From contig NW_027362773.1 of assembly GCF_046119375.1 (NCBI RefSeq), positions 112,840,001 through 112,904,000 on the forward strand: a stretch of 64,000 bases of DNA, in the 5' to 3' direction. Origin of the DNA: Phyllobates terribilis. Lineage: Eukaryota. The translations under genes and the position numbers were made by a program. The notes beneath the pieces are model-generated. The model was given only the letters and a program-made list of their open reading frames with translations, searched no databases and was not told where the DNA came from. Of this stretch, positions 60,575 to 64,000 are shown piece after piece; the first letter of the stretch is position 1; each line of letters opens with the position of its first letter.

Positions 60575-63485
60575 GATATATGTAGCACAAGCGATCAGAT
60601 GATCGCAGCTTGAAGTCTCCTATGGAAACTATTGAAACCAGTAAAAAAATGTTTTTAAAAATATTTAAAAATTTAAAAAAAAATATAGAAAAGTTCAAAT
60701 CACCCCCCTTTTGACCCCATTCAAATAGAACAGTAAAAAAATCAAAAATACACGGATTTGATATTGCCACTTTCACAATCCCCAAATCTATCAATATATA
60801 AAAATAATTAATCCAATCGGTAAACGGCGTAACGAGAAAAAAAATCAAAACGCCAGAATTATGTTTTTTTGGTTGCCCTAACATTGCATTAAAATGCAAT
60901 AATAGGCAATCAAAACATCGGATCTACCCCAAAATGGTATCAATAAAAACATCAGCTCAAGGCACAAAAAATAAACCCTCACCCGGCCTCAGATCCCGAA
61001 AAATGGAGACACTACGGGTCTCGGAAAATGGCAACTTTTTTTATTTTTTTTACAAACTTAGGATTTTTTTTCACCACTTACCGTATTTTTCGGACTATAA
61101 GATGCACTTTTTTCCTCCAAACTTTATAGTCCGAATGTGTGTGGGTGGCTGTGGATGGTGGGGATATGGGGGGGCAGCAGCAGCGCGGAGGAGTGGGGCA
61201 CAGGAGGCAGCAGCGGCTGCTGCAGCCTACACTGTTCCTGCTGCTAAAGAAAATGTATATTCACTGCTCCCCACGCCCATGGCGTGGGGAGCACTGAATA
61301 TTCATTCTCCTTACTCACAGGCGTACAGTGTCTGAAGCAGCTGCGGCTCCTGCAGCGCTCGGCGGTCATTTGTGCCCGCTACTAAAGAGCATGAATATTC
61401 ACCCCCTCTCCACACCCATGGGAGTGGAGAAGGGTGAATATTCATGCTCTTTAACACGCAATCGCCCGGCAGCTGCAGGAGCCTTGGCACGGCTACAGTT
61501 TGCGCCCGCTATTAAGGAGCATGAAGTGACTGCTCCCCATGCCAATAGTCCCGGCGTGGGGAGCAGTGACTCTTCCGGCACAGCATCTGCCTGTGTGAGC
61601 ACGCATGGCGGTGACGTCATGCGCGGCTCACACAGGGAGATCCGTGCTGGCAGCAGAGCAGGACGCGACGCTGGAGCAGAGGGAAGAAAGGTGAGTAGGA
61701 GTGTTTATTTTTTTGTGTAATGGGGATGGAGGTGCCATACATACCAGGATGTGGGGGTGCCATGCATACAAGGATGTGGGGGTGCCATGCATACCAAGAT
61801 GTGGGGGTGTCATGCTGCATGACACCCCCACATCCTTGTATGCATGACACCCCCACATCCTGGTATGCATGAGACTCCCACATCCTGGTATGCATGACAC
61901 CCCCACATCCTGGTATGCATGGCACCCCCACATCCTGGCATGCATGACTCATGCATACCAGGATGTGGGGGTGCCATGCATACCAGGATGTGGGGTTGTC
62001 ATGCATACAAGGATGTGGGGGTGTCATGCATACCAGGATGTGGGGGTGCCATGCATACCAGGATGTGGGAGTCTCATGCATACCAGGATGTGGGGGTGCC
62101 ATGCATACCAGGATGTGGGGGTGCCATACATATCAGGATGTGGGGGTGCCATCCATACCAGGATGTGGGGGTGCCATGCATACAAGGATGTGGGGGTGCC
62201 ATACATACCAAGATGTGGGGGTACCATGCATACCAGGATGTGGGGGTGCCATGCATACCAGGATGTGGGGGTGTCATGCATATCAGGATGTGGGGGTGCC
62301 ATGCATACCAGGATGTGGGGGTGCCATGCATACCAGGATGTGGGGGTGCCATGAATACCAGGATGAAGGGTGCCATATATACCAGGATGATGGTGCAAAG
62401 CATATCAGAATGAGGGATGAGGGGGGGCCATGCATACCAGGATGTGGGGGTGCCATGAATACCAGGATGTGGGGGTGCCATACATATTAAGATGTGGGGG
62501 TGCAATGCATACCAGGATGTGGGGGTGCCATGCATACCAGGATGTGGGGGTGCCATGCATACCAGGATGTGGGGGTGCCATGCATAACAGGATGTGGGGG
62601 TGCCATGCATACCACGATGTGGGGGTGCCATACATATCAAGATGTGAGGGTGCCAGGCATACCAGGATGTGGGGGTGCCATACATATCAAGATGTGGGGG
62701 TGCCATGCATACCAGGATGTTGGGGTTCCATGCATACCAAGATGAGGAGGGGCATGCATACCAGGATGAGGGATGAGGGGTGCCATACATACCAGGATGA
62801 GAGGAGCCTTGCATACCAGGATGAGGGGGGCCTTGCATACGAGGATGAGGGGGCTTTGCATACCAGAATGAGGGGTGCCATGCATACCAGGATGAAGGGT
62901 GCCATATATACCAGGATGATGGTGCAAAGCATATCAGAATGAGGGATGAGGGGGGGCCATGCATACCAGGATGAGGGGTGCCAAGCATACCAGGATGGGG
63001 GATATTAGTACAGAATTGGGGGATATTACCCCCATAACAGTGTTAACAGCAGACTCCTTCCCCCCATAAAAGGGCATCATGACCACATTTTTGCTTAATT
63101 TTTTTTCCTATATTCCTCCTCTAAATCCCAAGTGCGTCTTATCGTCCGGTGCATCTTATAGTCCGAAAAATATGGTAAATAAAAAAGAACCTATACATGT
63201 TTGGTATCTACAAACTCGCAATGACCTGGAGAATAATAATGGCAGGTCAGTTTAATCATTTAGTGAACATGGTTAATAAAGAAAAAACAATAATTGTGGA
63301 ATTGCACTTTTTGGCAATTTCACTGCACTTGGAATTTTTTTCCAGTTTTCCAGTAGATTATATAGCAAAAAACAAGCCCTCACACAGCCATATTGACTGA
63401 AAAAATAAAAAAGTTATGGCTCTAGGAAGAAGGGGAGTATAAAACGAAAGCGGAAAAAATGGAACATGGCCTAGGAGTAAAGGGG
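60575..63485. mobile_element. 5'-truncated non-autonomous piggyBac-like element, interrupted by a Tc2-like element
   Basis: Right end AAGGGG|TTAA; homology to 15070-16470; the host reads through across the TA insertion site. Confidence 0.65.
61081..63175. mobile_element. Non-autonomous Tc2/pogo-like element (2095 bp) filled with a 25-bp minisatellite
   Basis: TA TSDs; TIR ccgtatttttcggactataagatgcac; unit ccatgcataccaggatgtgggggtg at 61730-63000. Confidence 0.8.
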
Positions 63486-63762
63486 TTAAATAGCACAACC
63501 ACTTCAAGACAGCAAATCGATCACTTATAAAAATAGGAAATTACCTGGTGAAAAAAATGTATGGTTTGCAGTGTTTCTGTTTAGCCTTCATTCCTTAAAA
63601 GAATTGTCCAGGACTTAGTGATGACCCATCATCTTGGGTACAGCAGCTCAGCTCCCATTGAAGTGAATGTTATCTGAGCTGTGGTTTTGGATAATGTCAA
63701 CTACACCGTGTACAATGCTGTGGTGTGCCAGTCCGCGCACTGCTTACATTCAGCCGCCATAA

Positions 63763-64000
63763 GGCTATGTTCACACGTTGCATTTTTGCTGCATTTTTTT
63801 ATGCAAATTACAGTACCAGCAAAAGCTATGAGAGTTCAGAAATCTCATGCACACGCTTGTTTTTGTTCCTGACTCAATTGGAAAACTGATGCGTTTTTGA
63901 AAACTACAGCATGTCAGTTCTTTCAGCATTTTTTCACTCATAGAAAACAATAAGTACGTGCAAAAACTCAGCAAAAACACTGCTATTAGATTTTGCAGCA
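63763..64000. mobile_element. Harbinger-like MITE (ggctatgttcacac family), inverted relative to the copy ending at about 56133
   Basis: Terminal ggctatgttcacacgttgcattttt matches the reverse complement of about 56100-56133. Confidence 0.65.

Noticed and set aside
61617-62988. Many Cys/Gly/His-rich ORFs (e.g. MHTRMWGCHAYQDVGVPCIPGCGG)
   Set aside because: Artefacts of a stop-free 25-bp minisatellite read in all frames inside a non-autonomous transposon.
58370-63000. Regular repeats as possible CRISPR arrays
   Set aside because: Eukaryotic context; the units are contiguous with no unique spacers and no cas genes.
63546-63595. Possible upstream exon of gene A (MKAKQKHCKPYIFFT|gtaatt)
   Set aside because: The phase-2 end cannot join the phase-1 exon at 60523, and no TM1 exon lies between; gene A's 5' exons are probably outside the window.

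Overview
Repeat-rich vertebrate genomic DNA. The MITE, DIRS and Tc1 repertoire suggests an anuran amphibian (inference). The ORF track largely misses the host genes. Manual splicing gives two tandem minus-strand paralogues of a TMEM272-like four-pass membrane protein. Gene B is probably complete (about 47249 to 20218, 7 coding exons, 189 aa). Gene A shows only its last three coding exons (60523 to 55051), with the same exon sizes (177/169/10 nt) and phases. The large intron of gene B holds a Penelope-like palindrome, into which a full-length but mutated DIRS1 tyrosine-recombinase retrotransposon (23970-34956) inserted. The DIRS1 in turn carries a pol-less LTR element with a tRNA-Ser PBS, a PPT and an ORF containing a cold-shock domain. 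Between the two genes lies a 332-bp tandem repeat with two intact-looking type I hammerhead ribozymes, resembling a retrozyme or newt satellite 2. The rest is three degenerate Tc1 transposons (one DD38E), solo LTRs, RTE and L2 fragments, many MITEs and foldbacks, a telomere-like higher-order satellite, minisatellites and one 171-nt assembly gap.
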